Below are positions 1-8,484 of a stretch of 64,000 nucleotides of DNA, piece after piece. The number at the start of each line of letters is the position of its first letter. Within the stretch, counting starts at the first letter, position 1. The notes beneath the pieces were generated by a model. That model did not search any database and was not told where the DNA came from. It saw only the letters and a program-made list of their open reading frames with translations. The position numbers were made by a program, and so were the translations under genes. The stretch comes from Candidatus Omnitrophota bacterium (lineage in GTDB: Bacteria > Omnitrophota > Gorgyraeia > Duberdicusellales > 4484-171), in contig JAFGQU010000012.1 in the NCBI GenBank assembly GCA_016935525.1, positions 1,248 to 65,247 on the forward strand, written 5' to 3'.

Positions 1-40
1 TATGTTTATCGCGTCGTTTTTGGCTGAACGGTTTAGTGCC

Positions 41-69
41 TTTACAATTATTATAAGTGTGGGTATAAT
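41..69 (+). promoter_or_regulatory. sigma70-type promoter of the rnf operon
   Basis: TTTACA (41-46), 17 bp, TATAAT (64-69) directly upstream of rnfC. Confidence 0.6.
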
Positions 70-107
70 AATTTTCTTTTTTGCCTGTTTCAACCCTAAG
101 AAGAACG

Positions 108-1394
108 ATGATCCACGTAAAAGAACATAAAGAACCTCAACACGGCCGTCGTTGTGAAAAGTTCGTCACTCCCAAGAAATTGTATCTGCCGTTAAGCCAG
201 CATATCGGTAAACCCGCCGAGCTCAAAGTGAAATTAAAGGATCAGGTGAACGCCTTTGATGCGTTGGCCGAATATAGCGCTCTTGTGTCCAGCCGTATCC
301 ACGCTCCTTTGGGAGGAGTGGTGACTGCGATAGATAATTGCCCTCATCCGGTACTCCTGCGTAGCTTAGGTGTGACTCTTCAGTGTACGGGAGACTCCCC
401 GCAATTAACACAACGGGAACATATCGAGAACTTACATAAAGATGAACTGCTTGGCATTATCAAAGATGCCGGGATCGTAGGGATGGGCGGTGCGTGTTTT
501 CCCACTTATTTGAAGTTAAGTCCGCCTCAACCGGTCGATACGTTCCTGGTGAACGGGTGTGAATGTGAACCGTACCTTGCCTGTGATTACCGCCTGATGG
601 AAGAGGAGACCGAATCCATTTTGCGAGGAGCCGAACTCGTCGCCCGGATCATCGATCCTAAACAGATATATTTTTGTATTGAAGAAAATAAACCCGCCGC
701 GATAAAAAAATTCAATCTTGCTCTTTCTATGAAAAAATACCGGTTGCCGGAAAGCCGGCTCGTTATTTTAAAGTCCCAATACCCTCAAGGCGGGGAACGT
801 CAGTTGATCCATCAGGTCACCCGGCGGGCAGTACCGTGCGGAAAACTCCCGTTTGATGTGGGGTGTCTGGTCCAGAATGTGGCTACGTTGTGCGCGATAT
901 ATGAAGCGGTATACTTTTCTAAACCGCTGGTAGAAAGAATAGTCACGTTCGCCGGAGATTGTCTGCGTGAACCGAAAAACCTGTGGGTAAAAATCGGCAC
1001 TTCGATTAAAGAACTTTTTGACGAAAAGATCCTCGAATTTGACCGTGAACCGGAGAAAGTGATACACGGCGGTCCGATGATGGGGATCTCTATCGAGAAT
1101 CTCGATTATCCTATCCTGAAAGGTACATCCGGGGTACTGTTTTTTTCTAAAGATGAAGTGGCTCCACTTGAAGGAGTATGTATCCGCTGCGGACGCTGTG
1201 TCGATGCCTGCCCGATGAACCTTTTTCCCAGCGAGATCATCCGTAGGGTAAAACATAAACAGTTTGACCGGTTAGATGAAGTGTTTTTAAGTGATTGTAT
1301 TGAATGCGGATGCTGTACGTATGTCTGTCCGGCAAAGATACCTCTAGTGCATTATATAAAGGAAGGGAAACGGTATGCCCCTAAGAATAAGTAG
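108..1394 (+). CDS. rnfC: Rnf complex subunit C
   Basis: PLSQHIGKPA, AGIVGMGGACFPT, NGCECEPYL, two 4Fe-4S motifs (CIRCGRCVDACP, CIECGCCTYVCP); ATG 108 preferred over TTG 81. Confidence 0.95.
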   Translation: MIHVKEHKEPQHGRRCEKFVTPKKLYLPLSQHIGKPAELKVKLKDQVNAFDALAEYSALVSSRIHAPLGGVVTAIDNCPHPVLLRSLGVTLQCTGDSPQLTQREHIENLHKDELLGIIKDAGIVGMGGACFPTYLKLSPPQPVDTFLVNGCECEPYLACDYRLMEEETESILRGAELVARIIDPKQIYFCIEENKPAAIKKFNLALSMKKYRLPESRLVILKSQYPQGGERQLIHQVTRRAVPCGKLPFDVGCLVQNVATLCAIYEAVYFSKPLVERIVTFAGDCLREPKNLWVKIGTSIKELFDEKILEFDREPEKVIHGGPMMGISIENLDYPILKGTSGVLFFSKDEVAPLEGVCIRCGRCVDACPMNLFPSEIIRRVKHKQFDRLDEVFLSDCIECGCCTYVCPAKIPLVHYIKEGKRYAPKNK

Positions 1395-2307
1395 TTCGCC
1401 TCATGTGCGCGCATCTGCCCATACTGGTTGGGTAATGCAGCAGGTCATCATCGCGTTATTGCCGGCGGTGGCCGCGGCGGTATATTTTTTCCGGCTATCC
1501 GCGGTATGGTTGATCTTTAATTGTATCATCAGTTGCGTGATGACCGAAGAGATCGTGTGCCGCTTGCGGCATAAACCTTCGACTATCCGTGACGCAAGCG
1601 CCGTTCTTACCGGTCTTTTGCTGGCGTTGATCCTTCCTCCGACAATTCCCTGGTACGCGGCAACGTTAGGCGGAATATTCGCGGTCCTGTTCGGTAAACA
1701 GATTTTCGGAGGATTAGGCCAAAACATCTTTAATCCGGCATTAATCGGCCGGGCATTTCTGATGGCGGCATACCCGGCGATGCTCACCCATTGGGTCAAT
1801 CCGGCCGGAGTGGATGCTGTCACCAGCGCTACGCCGCTGGCATTACGTAAATTTGACCAAATCATCACTCCTTTAGGCGACCTTTTTCTCGGTACGACAT
1901 CGGGAAGTCTGGGTGAGACCTCCGCACTATGTCTTTTAATCGGAGGAGTATATCTTTTTGCCCGTACTATCGCCGATTGGCGGATACCGTTTACGCTTAT
2001 GGTCACGGTCCTCGTGACATCGACAATATTCTATGTGATCGATCCGGTCTACGGGTCGCCGTTATTTCATCTTTTCAGCGGCGGATTACTTATCGGGGCG
2101 TTATTTATGGCGACTGACCCGGTGACTACTCCGGTCACGAAACTCGGACGATATATTTTCGCAATAGGATGTGCTCTCATGATTATGGTCATACGTTATT
2201 TTGGCGGGCTACCGGAAGGAGTGATGTATGCGATCCTGTTTATGAACGCGTTTGTCCCTCTGATCAACCGGTATACCGTCCCTAAACCATTAGGTTATGA
2301 AAGATAA
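1375..2307 (+). CDS. rnfD: Rnf complex subunit D
   Basis: SSPH N-terminus, KQIFGGLGQNIFNPA, FMN site VTSATPL, FMATDPVTTP. Confidence 0.95.
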   Translation: MPLRISSSPHVRASAHTGWVMQQVIIALLPAVAAAVYFFRLSAVWLIFNCIISCVMTEEIVCRLRHKPSTIRDASAVLTGLLLALILPPTIPWYAATLGGIFAVLFGKQIFGGLGQNIFNPALIGRAFLMAAYPAMLTHWVNPAGVDAVTSATPLALRKFDQIITPLGDLFLGTTSGSLGETSALCLLIGGVYLFARTIADWRIPFTLMVTVLVTSTIFYVIDPVYGSPLFHLFSGGLLIGALFMATDPVTTPVTKLGRYIFAIGCALMIMVIRYFGGLPEGVMYAILFMNAFVPLINRYTVPKPLGYER

Positions 2308-2848
2308 TTTAAAGATCATCAGCGTATTAACGATCATTACCGTTATCTGCGGGTTTATCCTGGCATTCGTCTTTACCTCAGCGCAAGGAAAGATCCAGGA
2401 GAACCAGAAACAGGCGATCTACCGGGCGATCACCACTATCGTTCCCGAAGCTGAGAATATCCAGGAGAAGACCTACGGTGAAGATCTGGTGTATGAACTT
2501 AAAGATAAAAACGGGGAGTTTTTAGGGTATGCCTATGTGACCGACGGACAGGGGTATCAGAGTACGATCAGTATCCTGTTTGCGGTCGACAAAGATATAC
2601 GGGATATCCTGGGTATAGATATTATCGAGTCGGTCGAGACTCCAGGGTTAGGTTCGCGGATCACCGAAGATGCGTTTAAAGATCAGTTTAAAAATGTCCC
2701 GTTAGCCGGTATATTTGAAGTGGTAAAAGAACTTCCGCAAAATCCTCATCAGATCCAAGCGATCACTTCCGCCACGGTATCATCGCGTGCGGTGGTAAGT
2801 ATCGTCAATGCGGGAATAGAAAAATTAAAAGCGATTTTAAAGAAATGA
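2297..2848 (+). CDS. rnfG: Rnf complex subunit G
   Basis: N-terminal TM, ETPGLG, FMN site AITSATVSS. Confidence 0.92.
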   Translation: MKDNLKIISVLTIITVICGFILAFVFTSAQGKIQENQKQAIYRAITTIVPEAENIQEKTYGEDLVYELKDKNGEFLGYAYVTDGQGYQSTISILFAVDKDIRDILGIDIIESVETPGLGSRITEDAFKDQFKNVPLAGIFEVVKELPQNPHQIQAITSATVSSRAVVSIVNAGIEKLKAILKK

Positions 2849-3435
2849 ACAGTACACAATTGATCATAAAAGGGGTGTGGACCGATCATCCTATTTTCCG
2901 GCAGTTGTTAGGGATGTGTCCGACCCTGGCGGTAACGACATCCAGTATCAACGGTATTTCTATGGGGCTTGCGGTCCTGTTTGTCCTTTTCTTCTCCTCA
3001 TTTGTCGTCTCGCTTATCAAAAAGATCGTACCGTCTCAGGTACGGATCGCCGTGTATACCGTGATCATTGCCACGTTCGTTACGATCGTCGATATATTTT
3101 TAAAAGCGTATTTTCCCGATATCAGCCGGGCATTGGGCCCGTACATCCCCTTGATCATCGTAAACTGCATTATCTTAGGCCGGTGTGAGGTGTTTGCTTC
3201 CCGCCACTCACTGGGAGTGTCGTTGATCGATGCGTTGGCGATGGGAAGCGGGTTTACCTGGGGGCTTTTTGTATTAGGAAGTATCCGGGAACTCTTCGGC
3301 GCCGGAACGATCTTGGGATTTAAGATCATGCCGGCGTTCTATAATCCGTTGATCATCATGATCCTTCCGGCCGGGGCGTTTCTGGTGCTGGGGACGCTGG
3401 TCGGGGTGATGAACAAGATAGAACAAAAACGATGA
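2845..3435 (+). CDS. rnfE: Rnf complex subunit E
   Basis: LGMCPTLAVT, IPLIIVNCIILGR. Confidence 0.95.
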   Translation: MNSTQLIIKGVWTDHPIFRQLLGMCPTLAVTTSSINGISMGLAVLFVLFFSSFVVSLIKKIVPSQVRIAVYTVIIATFVTIVDIFLKAYFPDISRALGPYIPLIIVNCIILGRCEVFASRHSLGVSLIDALAMGSGFTWGLFVLGSIRELFGAGTILGFKIMPAFYNPLIIMILPAGAFLVLGTLVGVMNKIEQKR

Positions 3436-4013
3436 AAGATCTATTACTGATCGTAGTCTCAACGGTACTGATTAATAATTTTGTATTAAGTTATTTTTTG
3501 GGGATCTGTCCGTTTCTGGGGGTATCGGGAAAATTATCTTCGGCAATCGGGATGGGATTAAGCGTCATTTTTGTCATGACGCTCTCTTCGAGTATCAGCT
3601 GGCTGATCTATCATCTGATCCTTATCCCCCTTGAGATCACTTTTTTATCCTATGTCGTCTTTATCCTGGTGATCGCTTCTTTGGTTCAGATCGTCGAGAT
3701 GTTTATCCGTAAATATTCTCCGCCGCTTTACCAGGCATTGGGGATCTATTTACCGTTGATCACGACTAACTGCGCTATTTTAGGATGCGCGTTATTCATG
3801 ATCGCCCGTAACTACGCGTTTTTACCGGCAGTCGTGTTTGGATTTTCCGCCGGGGTAGGGTTCACGTTAATATTGCTGGTCATGGCCGGTATCAGGGAAG
3901 AACTCCAGTTCAATGATGTCCCCGGCGTATTAAAAGGCGCTCCGATCACTCTGATCACCGCCGGGTTACTGGCGCTTTGTTTCATGGGATTTTCGGGGTT
4001 GATCAGCTCATAA
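3432..4013 (+). CDS. rnfA: Rnf complex subunit A
   Basis: NNFVLSYFLGICPFLG, LPLITTNCAILG. Confidence 0.95.
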   Translation: MKDLLLIVVSTVLINNFVLSYFLGICPFLGVSGKLSSAIGMGLSVIFVMTLSSSISWLIYHLILIPLEITFLSYVVFILVIASLVQIVEMFIRKYSPPLYQALGIYLPLITTNCAILGCALFMIARNYAFLPAVVFGFSAGVGFTLILLVMAGIREELQFNDVPGVLKGAPITLITAGLLALCFMGFSGLISS

Positions 4014-4017
4014 AGAA

Positions 4018-4082
4018 AGTCGCTAGTCGCTAGTCTATAGTAAAAATAGACCAGAGACTAGAGACTAGAGACCAGAGACTAG
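4018..4082. repeat. inverted pair of heptamer tracts (AGTCGCT-like / AGACTAG-AGACCAG)
   Basis: agtcgctagtcgctagtctatagt...agaccagagactagagactagagaccagagactag; same family at 26088-26162 and 39489-39565. Confidence 0.85.
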
Positions 4083-4084
4083 GT

Positions 4085-4891
4085 ATGGAAATTGCCATTA
4101 AAGGTTTAATAGCATTAGGGTCGGTAGGATTTTTATTTTCCGTGTTACTCGCTTTTTTAAGTAAGAAGTTTCATGTGCGTGAAGACCCTCTTATCGAGAA
4201 GTTAAACGAAGCCTTACCGGGGATACATTGCGGTGCCTGCGGATATTCGGGATGTCATGCCTATGCCGAAGCTCTTGCCGCCGGTAAAGCCGATCCCACT
4301 ATGTGCCGGGCGGGTGGGGCCGAAAGCCAGAAGAGGATCGCCGCTCTATTAAAAGTCGAGGTGAAAAAACTTTCACCTCAGAAGATCGTCGTCCATTGCG
4401 GCGCGGATACTACTCAAAAAAAATCGTCGACACTCTATGTCGGCCCGGAATCTTGCGCGGCAGCTCACTTGTTGGGCGCGAAGATCGATTGTAAATACGG
4501 ATGCCTTTTTTTCGGTGATTGCGTAAAAATATGTCCGGTTGGTGCGCTTAAGATCAGTCAGGGAAAAGTATATGTCGACCATAAAAGATGTATCCGTTGC
4601 GGGAAATGCGTAGGCGCCTGTCCGCGTAACCTTATCGAACTCGTCACTGTTTCGCCGATTCAGCCGCTTTATTACGTGGCCTGCAGTAACCGGGAAAAAG
4701 CGTTATATGTCCGGGGAGTCTGCAGCCGGGGATGTATCGCCTGCGGTATCTGTGCCCGGATCGAGAACTCTCCATTTTATATCGAGAACAATATTTCCCG
4801 GATAAAGCGGGAAGGGGATATCGATATCCCGGCTGCCTCTTCCGCAAAAGATAAATGTCCGACGCACTGTATCGATAGCGACGATGTTTAA
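4085..4891 (+). CDS. rnfB: Rnf complex subunit B
   Basis: LPGIHCGACGYSGC FeS domain plus multiple ferredoxin Cys motifs. Confidence 0.93.
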   Translation: MEIAIKGLIALGSVGFLFSVLLAFLSKKFHVREDPLIEKLNEALPGIHCGACGYSGCHAYAEALAAGKADPTMCRAGGAESQKRIAALLKVEVKKLSPQKIVVHCGADTTQKKSSTLYVGPESCAAAHLLGAKIDCKYGCLFFGDCVKICPVGALKISQGKVYVDHKRCIRCGKCVGACPRNLIELVTVSPIQPLYYVACSNREKALYVRGVCSRGCIACGICARIENSPFYIENNISRIKREGDIDIPAASSAKDKCPTHCIDSDDV

Positions 4892-5279
4892 AGAAAAAGC
4901 AAAAGTCATAGCCAAAGACGCCGATACTCTGACGATCCGGTTTCAAAGAAAAGTCCAGTGCGGTTGTTGCCGGTTGGGTAACCTTTGCGCGCCGCGTGAG
5001 GAAAAAACGGTGCTGAAAGTCCGGCCGCATATTGATGCCAAAGAAGGAGATATGATCGAAGTCGGTATAGAAGAAGCAAAGCCCCTGCTTATCAGTGTGC
5101 TCTTGTTTTTGGTTCCGACCGTAATATTGTTGGCCACTCTTATCCTTGTGCGCCGTTGGGGTGAATTTCGTTCTTTTTTCTTAAGTATAGTGAATATTTC
5201 TGTGTATTTTGTGTTCCTTAAAATGCTTTTAAAAAGAAAACCGTTTGATTGTTCACTCATGATATTGAGGAAACTATAA
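4884..5279 (+). CDS. rseC: RseC/MucC family protein
   Basis: CGCC..C motif, AKEGDMIEV, two C-terminal TM helices, follows rnfB. Confidence 0.8.
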   Translation: MFKEKAKVIAKDADTLTIRFQRKVQCGCCRLGNLCAPREEKTVLKVRPHIDAKEGDMIEVGIEEAKPLLISVLLFLVPTVILLATLILVRRWGEFRSFFLSIVNISVYFVFLKMLLKRKPFDCSLMILRKL

Positions 5280-5930
5280 ATGAGTAGAAAACATGTAAAA
5301 CGCACGACGCACGACGCACGACGCACGACCAATATAGCGGTATTAGCTTCCGGTAACGGGAGTAATTTCGAAGCGATCGTCGGCGCGATAAAAAGAGGAT
5401 ATATCAAGAAGACCTGCGTGAAGCTGTTGATCACCGATAAAGAAAAAGCCTATGTGCGTGTTCGCGCCGAACGGTTAGGGATCACACAGCTCTATATAAA
5501 TCCGCGAGAGTATAACACCGGCGGCGCGTTCGATAAAAAACTGATCCAGGTCCTTAAGAAAGAAAAAATCGGGCTTGTAGTACTTGCCGGGTACATGAGG
5601 ATACTTACACCGGTTTTTGTGAAAAAGTTCAAGAACAAGGTCATTAATATCCATCCGGCATTGCTGCCGGCATTTAAAGGTGCCCGGGCGATCGGTGATG
5701 CGTACCGTTATGGAGTGAAAATAACCGGGGTAACCGTGCATTTTGTCGATGAATGTATCGATCACGGCCCGATTATCGCGCAGAAACCGTTACCGGTGAA
5801 GAAAGGCGAATCTTTATCCGGTCTTGAAAGACGTATTCATCGCGCGGAACATACACTGTATCCTCTGGTGATAAAAAAAATAAGTGAAGGTAAAGTAAAA
5901 GTCCGTAACCGTCATGTCCAGGTCGGTTAG
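5280..5930 (+). CDS. purN: phosphoribosylglycinamide formyltransferase
   Basis: IAVLASGNGSNFEA, LAGYMRIL, NIHPALLP, GVTVHFV, DHGPII. Confidence 0.95.
   Translation: MSRKHVKRTTHDARRTTNIAVLASGNGSNFEAIVGAIKRGYIKKTCVKLLITDKEKAYVRVRAERLGITQLYINPREYNTGGAFDKKLIQVLKKEKIGLVVLAGYMRILTPVFVKKFKNKVINIHPALLPAFKGARAIGDAYRYGVKITGVTVHFVDECIDHGPIIAQKPLPVKKGESLSGLERRIHRAEHTLYPLVIKKISEGKVKVRNRHVQVG
5300..5329 (+). repeat. perfect (ACGCACG)x4 tract inside the purN 5' coding region
   Basis: acgcacg acgcacg acgcacg acgcacg ac, read as RTTHDARRT. Confidence 0.9.
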
Positions 5931-6354
5931 CATATTGTGCGTTCTCTTTTTGTTCCTGAACATCCAGGGGGTGTCCGCTCAGGAGACCGTCCGGGCAACC
6001 GTGAATAAGGGAGAGGCCGTAACTGGTGAGATATTTACCTATACGGTGATAGTCGAAGGCGAATTGCACTCGCCCCAGGTAACTATTCCTGAATTCGGTC
6101 CCCTGAAAGTAGCCGGGCAGAGTTCATCACGCAGTTACCGGGTGCGTAACGGAAGACGGCGGGTGCAGATGGAGTTTGTGTATCACCTGGTTGCCTATGA
6201 ACCGGGAGAATATACGTTAGATGGGGTCGAGGTGAAAGACGGACAGAAAGTTTTCCGTTCTGATAAAGTGACGGTTAAAGTGACCGGGGAACCTATTGAT
6301 ATCGATAAAGAACGTGAACTGGAAAAATTTCGCGGGGGAGCAATCAGTCTATAG
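5914..6354 (+). CDS. BatD-family secreted single-domain protein
   Basis: signal peptide; VRATV..GEIFTYTV, SSSRSY..NG, PGEYTL typical of a BatD repeat. Confidence 0.65.
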   Translation: MSRSVSILCVLFLFLNIQGVSAQETVRATVNKGEAVTGEIFTYTVIVEGELHSPQVTIPEFGPLKVAGQSSSRSYRVRNGRRRVQMEFVYHLVAYEPGEYTLDGVEVKDGQKVFRSDKVTVKVTGEPIDIDKERELEKFRGGAISL

Positions 6355-6364
6355 GAAGTAAAAA

Positions 6365-6492
6365 TATCCAATGACCAATTTCCAAGCACCAAATAAGATC
6401 CAAGTTCCAATGACTGAAACGGATTTATTTGATTATTGATAATTTGGTGATTGGTTATTATTTGGTTATTGGGATGTGATGTTTGGTGATTA
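6365..6492. repeat. inverted pair of CCAA/TTGG heptamer-like tracts
   Basis: atccaatgaccaatttccaagcaccaaa...ttggtgattggttattatttggttattggg; same family at 36194-36331. Confidence 0.75.
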
Positions 6493-6524
6493 TACGGGAT
6501 ATAAGTAAAAGAAAGGAAAAAGCT

Positions 6525-7808
6525 ATGGCGACGATCAAGTCAGTACATGCACGGGAAGTATTGGATTCACGCGGTAACCCTACGGTGGAAGTCGAATGCA
6601 CCTTAAATACCGGCATTCTTGCCCGGGCGATCGTACCCAGCGGCGCCTCTACCGGAGAATTCGAAGCGTTAGAATTACGCGATAAAGACACTACACGGTA
6701 TAAAGGCAAAGGTGTCCTTAAAGCCGTCGAGAATGTAAATACAAAGATCGCCCGTAAAGTAAAAGGTAAACCGGCGGATTTTCGTAAAATCGATACATTA
6801 CTTTTAGATATGGACGGGACGGAGAACAAATCTTCACTGGGAGCAAACGCGATGCTGGGAGTATCTTTAGCCGTCGCTCATGCCGCGGCAAAAGAGAAAA
6901 AAGTCTCGCTTTACAAATATTTAAATCCCAAAGCATACCTTCTTCCCGTTCCGATGATGAATATTTTGAACGGAGGAGTACATGCCGATAATAACCTGGA
7001 TATCCAGGAATTCATGATCATGCCCTGGGGATTCCCGACGTTAAGACGGGCCCTGCAGGCCGCCTGTGAGGTGTTTCATACTTTGAAATTGATCCTTCAT
7101 TCAAAAAAACTTTCTACTTCGGTCGGTGATGAAGGCGGGTTTGCTCCGAACTTAAAATCGAACGAAGAAGCGTTACAACTGATCATTCAGGCGATAAAAA
7201 AAGCGGGATACAAACCGGAAAAAGAGATCGCGTTGGCCTTAGACCCCGCCGCCAGTTCCTTTTTTCAAAAAGAAAAGTATCTGACCGGCGGACATTACCT
7301 TATCGAAGGGAAACGGGTCGATGCCTCCTATATGGTCAAGTATTACAAAAAACTTCTCGATAAATATCCGATCATTTCTCTCGAAGACGGCCTGGCCGAA
7401 GAAGACTGGGAAGGTTGGCAGCGGTTGACCGACGAGCTCGGAGGAAAAATCCAGGTGGTCGGCGATGATTTGTTTGTGACCAATACCGAACGGTTATCCC
7501 GGGGCATAAAATCAGGTGCGGCAAATTCCATCTTGATCAAAGTCAATCAGATCGGTACCTTATCAGAAACGCTGGCGGCGATCGATTTGGCATTTAAACA
7601 TAAATATACCGCCGTGATATCTCATCGTTCCGGCGAGACCGAAGATGTGACTATCGCTCATCTCGCGGTATCGACCGGCTGCGGCCAGATCAAAACCGGA
7701 AGTTGTTCCCGTACCGACCGGATCGCTAAATATAACGAGCTGTTGAGGATCGAAGAGGAGTTAGGAAGAAAAGCGCGGTATGCGGGAAAAACTGTTCGGA
7801 AAAATTGA
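6525..7808 (+). CDS. eno: enolase
   Basis: [34 protein letters not shown]; SD GAAAGGA before ATG 6525. Confidence 0.98.
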   Translation: MATIKSVHAREVLDSRGNPTVEVECTLNTGILARAIVPSGASTGEFEALELRDKDTTRYKGKGVLKAVENVNTKIARKVKGKPADFRKIDTLLLDMDGTENKSSLGANAMLGVSLAVAHAAAKEKKVSLYKYLNPKAYLLPVPMMNILNGGVHADNNLDIQEFMIMPWGFPTLRRALQAACEVFHTLKLILHSKKLSTSVGDEGGFAPNLKSNEEALQLIIQAIKKAGYKPEKEIALALDPAASSFFQKEKYLTGGHYLIEGKRVDASYMVKYYKKLLDKYPIISLEDGLAEEDWEGWQRLTDELGGKIQVVGDDLFVTNTERLSRGIKSGAANSILIKVNQIGTLSETLAAIDLAFKHKYTAVISHRSGETEDVTIAHLAVSTGCGQIKTGSCSRTDRIAKYNELLRIEEELGRKARYAGKTVRKN

Positions 7809-8079
7809 TTCGCTCACCTTATTACGTTTTGGCGCATTGCTTTTAGCCCTGGGCCTTCTGGGAGCGATTGTCTATTTTCCGACCTATTCGCACCTTCAGA
7901 AATTACGAAAAGAGAACAAACGGATCGAGTCCGATATCGAACAATTACACGATGAGATCACTGAATACGAACAGATGCTGAAAGGTATAAGAGAAAATCC
8001 CGATTATTTCGAAAAAATCGCCCGGGAGAACTTAGGAGTTATCAAAGATAACGAAATAATCATTGACATACAGGAGTAA
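7780..8079 (+). CDS. ftsB: septum formation initiator FtsB/DivIC
   Basis: TM plus coiled coil plus [11 protein letters not shown]; canonical position after eno. Confidence 0.8.
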   Translation: MREKLFGKIDSLTLLRFGALLLALGLLGAIVYFPTYSHLQKLRKENKRIESDIEQLHDEITEYEQMLKGIRENPDYFEKIARENLGVIKDNEIIIDIQE

Positions 8080-8173
8080 GTTGATACAATTGGACTAATT
8101 CAATAAATTAAATATTTTAATTAATTTATTGTATCTCTTTCCCAAAATCATCTATATTTAATGTGGTTTTGAT

Positions 8174-8247
<74 letters not shown>

Positions 8248-8484
8248 CGTATTCTGTGAAATCGTTTATTTTGTTTGTGAGTGTAACGGTTCTCCCGCAT
8301 CATAACATAGCTATATAGCGGGACCCCGTAATCACATGTCCCTATCCTTCCTTTAATAATATATTATATATTAATAACTCAATCTTCGCAGGCACGGGTA
8401 AGATATTATTCGTAAAACTACGAATTTATACTACAGGTAAACTAATTATAAAAAATTATTGCATTTAATGCGATATTTGTTAGA

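Noticed and set aside
8288-8332. Possible interrupted copy of the tRNA-fMet 3' end (ggttc..ccccgtaa)
   Set aside because: The match is too short, and the same tcccgc..gcgggaccccg hairpin occurs at 31901 away from any tRNA.
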